Shown one piece after another: positions 14,701-15,011 of a DNA stretch of 15,011 nucleotides. Under the pieces are notes generated by a model. That model saw only the letters and a list, made by a program, of their open reading frames with translations. It ran no database searches and had not been told where the DNA came from. Origin of the DNA: Candidatus Rokuibacteriota bacterium. Its GTDB lineage: Bacteria > Methylomirabilota > Methylomirabilia > Rokubacteriales > DASRDR01. The stretch covers positions 1 through 15,011 of the forward strand of contig JBIOTN010000087.1 of the NCBI GenBank assembly GCA_044866005.1, given 5' to 3'. Made by a program: the position numbers and the translations under genes. Each line of letters starts with the position of its first letter. Within the stretch, counting starts at the first letter, position 1.

Positions 14701-15011
14701 GCCCAGCTCGACGTCGCCGGGGTCGAGGGCGCCGTTCGCCGAGAGGTAGAAGCGGCTGGTGGAGGCGCCGGCCGCCCCGCCGCCCTGGTTCTTGACGGTA
14801 TCCGTCACGGTGACCGTGCTGCCGGCCCCGGCGCTCGACGGCGCCGACACGGCGGAGACCAGGAGGTCGGGCCCGATCTGGAGGAGGGCGAACCCGAGGT
14901 TGTTGCTCTCCTGGGTCTCGGCCACGGCGCTGTCCGCGTCGGCCCTGGCGAGGATGTAATAGGCGCCCGCGGTCGTCCCGGCGGGCAGGGTCAGGGCCGT
15001 CGAGGCCGTGT
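11728..15011 (-). CDS. Large surface/secreted CARDB (Ig-like) repeat protein, 5'-truncated by the window
   Basis: Nine complete 116-aa units (GPDL.V..SAP...V.N.G..A..STTRFYLS....D..D..LG...VP.LA.G...LTIP...G.YY..A.ADA...V.ET.E.NN) plus part of a tenth. The frame stays open to the window edge. Confidence 0.9.
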   Translation of the reverse strand, partial: TASTALTLPAGTTAGAYYILARADADSAVAETQESNNLGFALLQIGPDLLVSAVSAPSSAGAGSTVTVTDTVKNQGGGAAGASTSRFYLSANGALDPGDVELGLRAVPALAAGASHTASTPLTIPAGTVAGAYYLLARADADSVVPETQETNNVAFAFLQIGPDLAVTAVSAPATAAAGGPITVTDTVKNQGAGPAGASTTRFYLSANGVFDAGDVELGSRAVPALAAGASHMGSTALTIPAGTPTGAYYLLARADADSVVPETQETNNVAFAYVQIGPDLAVTALSAPATAAPGGTITVTDTVKNQGAGAAGASTTRFYLSSNGLLDAGDVELGLRAVPALAAGAISSASTTLAIPTGIATGAYYVLARADADSVVPETQETNNVASAPVQIGPDLAVTALSAPATAAPGGTIVVTDTVKNQGAGPAGASTTRFYLSSNGLLDAGDVELGLRAVPALAAGAISSASTTLTIPPGTAAGAYYVVAKVDADGTVAETQETNNVAFAFLQIGPDLIVSALSAPSTAAPGGTITVTDTVRNQGGSPAGASTTRFYLSSNGLLDAGDVELGLRAVPALAAGATSSASTTLTIPPGTATGAYYVVAKVDADGTVAETQETNNVAFAYVQVGPDLVLSAVAAPSTAGAGGTITVTDTVRNQGGSPAEGSTTRFYLSANGALDGADLELGSRAVPALAAGATSSAPTTLTIPPGTATGLYYLFAKADADNVVAETQEANNVGFAYLQVGPDLVLSALSAPTAAGAGGTITVTDTVKNQGAGPAGASTTRFYLSVNGALDSGDQELGSRAVPALAAGATSSAPTTLTIPAGTATGVYFLFAKADADGGLVESQETNNVGFAYLQIGPDLVVTALSAPSTAGAGGPITVTDTVKNQGGGLAGASTTRFYLSVNGALDGADQELGSRAVPALAAGATSSAPTTLTIPPGTAPGAYYILAKTDADSAVPETQETNNVGFAYLQIGPDLVVTAVSAPASAAAGSAVTVTGTVKNQGGGAAGGSTTRFYLSANGALDAADIELGSGPAPALAPGTTSAVGATLTIPAGTTPGGYYILAKADADGAVAETVESNNTGFAYIQIGPAP
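11743..15011. repeat. 348-bp tandem repeat array encoding the CARDB units
   Basis: Exact 348-bp period without indels; shadow ORFs recur at 13364, 13712 and 14408. Confidence 0.95.

Noticed and set aside
13364..14959. Four similar 66-67 aa + strand ORFs
   Set aside because: Antisense shadows of the CARDB repeats.
11743..15011. Regular repeats as a CRISPR array or DGR template/variable repeats
   Set aside because: The 348-bp in-frame coding units have no short repeat-spacer structure. Differences are not adenine-specific and no cas or RT gene is present.

Overview
Very GC-rich bacterial DNA. Gene content and intergenic repeats suggest Candidatus Rokubacteria/Methylomirabilota (inference only). 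Left to right: aldo/keto reductase and NagB-like deaminase (+); a minus-strand unit of a small membrane ORF ending in RGPP, then yjbQ, then a 55-aa tatA missed by the ORF track; a phosphotriesterase-family hydrolase (-); a divergent + operon with an internally deleted NUDIX remnant, a DddK/DddW-like cupin, a two-domain VOC/methylmalonyl-CoA epimerase-like protein, an SDR and an MFS transporter; two tandem ArnT/PMT-family (GT-C) glycosyltransferases (-); and the 3' part of a giant CARDB-repeat protein with nine 116-aa units. Best candidates for new biology: (1) a putative RAPP-class ribosome arrest peptide upstream of yjbQ-tatA; (2) a DddK-like DMSP-lyase cupin with intact active-site spacing in a putative catabolic operon; (3) a dispersed, covarying multi-hairpin intergenic repeat with three copies here; (4) two GT-C paralogs with complementary loss of active-site residues next to a Ser/Thr-rich repeat protein. 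Most long ORF-track entries are GC-rich shadow frames.
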